Assembly (NCBI RefSeq): GCF_009914755.1
Contig: NC_060947.1
Length of the DNA stretch: 64,000 nt
From: the human T2T-CHM13v2.0 reference genome, Homo sapiens
Strand: one strand, 5' to 3'
The translations under genes and the position numbers were made by a program. Positions 63,758 to 64,000 of the stretch are shown in pieces. The notes under the pieces are model-generated. The model ran no database searches. It had not been told where the DNA came from and was given only the letters and a program-made list of their open reading frames with translations. The stretch's first letter is position 1, and each line of letters starts with the position of its first letter.

Positions 63758-64000
63758 TGATATAGTTTGAATATTTGTCCCTGCCATAATCTCATATTGA
63801 AATGTAATCCCCAATGTTTGTTTGTTTGTTTTTGAGACGGAATTTCACTCTTGTCACCCAGGCTGGAGTGCAGTGGAACGATCTCAGCTCACTGCAACGT
63901 CTGTCTCCCAAGTAGCTGAGATTACAGGCACCTGCCATCACGCCCGGTTAAGTTATTCCCAGTGTTGAAGGTGGGGCCTGGTGGGAGGTGATCGGAGCAT
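63758..64000 (+). mobile_element. MST-type MaLR LTR (5' part), interrupted by an antisense Alu fragment (about 63818-63950)
   Basis: TGATATAGTTTGAATATTTGTCCC...tgtaatccccaatgtt [Alu] cccagtgttgaaggtggggcctggtgggaggtg. Confidence 0.8.

Overview
Primate genomic DNA (human, or a very close ape), AT-rich and repeat-dense, with no prokaryote-type systems. It is recognisable as part of intron 1 of the dystrophin gene (DMD, chrX, minus strand). The anchor is the Purkinje-type first exon (Dp427p), which encodes M-S-E-V-S-S-(D) at 52632-52614, with a second donor 84 nt downstream (the p2 variant). A 162-nt segment with consensus splice sites at 2787-2626 matches in size and position the known cryptic DMD exon 1a. 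It lies inside a full-length, non-coding LTR8/HUERS-P1-type provirus (1185-9361) oriented sense to DMD. The rest is about 36 Alus, two independent solo LTR7 (HERV-H) insertions 582 bp apart, a PABL LTR, MaLR LTRs, L1/L2/MIR fragments and DNA-transposon relics. Nearly all ORFs in the supplied track are Alu/L1/LTR read-through or chance ORFs. I found no new protein-coding system. The best leads are regulatory: the ERV-derived poison exon, uORFs in the Dp427p leader, the twin LTR7s, long inverted-repeat pairs and an unexplained 36-bp inverted repeat. Repeat subfamily names come from recalled consensus sequences and need RepeatMasker/Dfam confirmation. Boundaries without a stated TSD are approximate.
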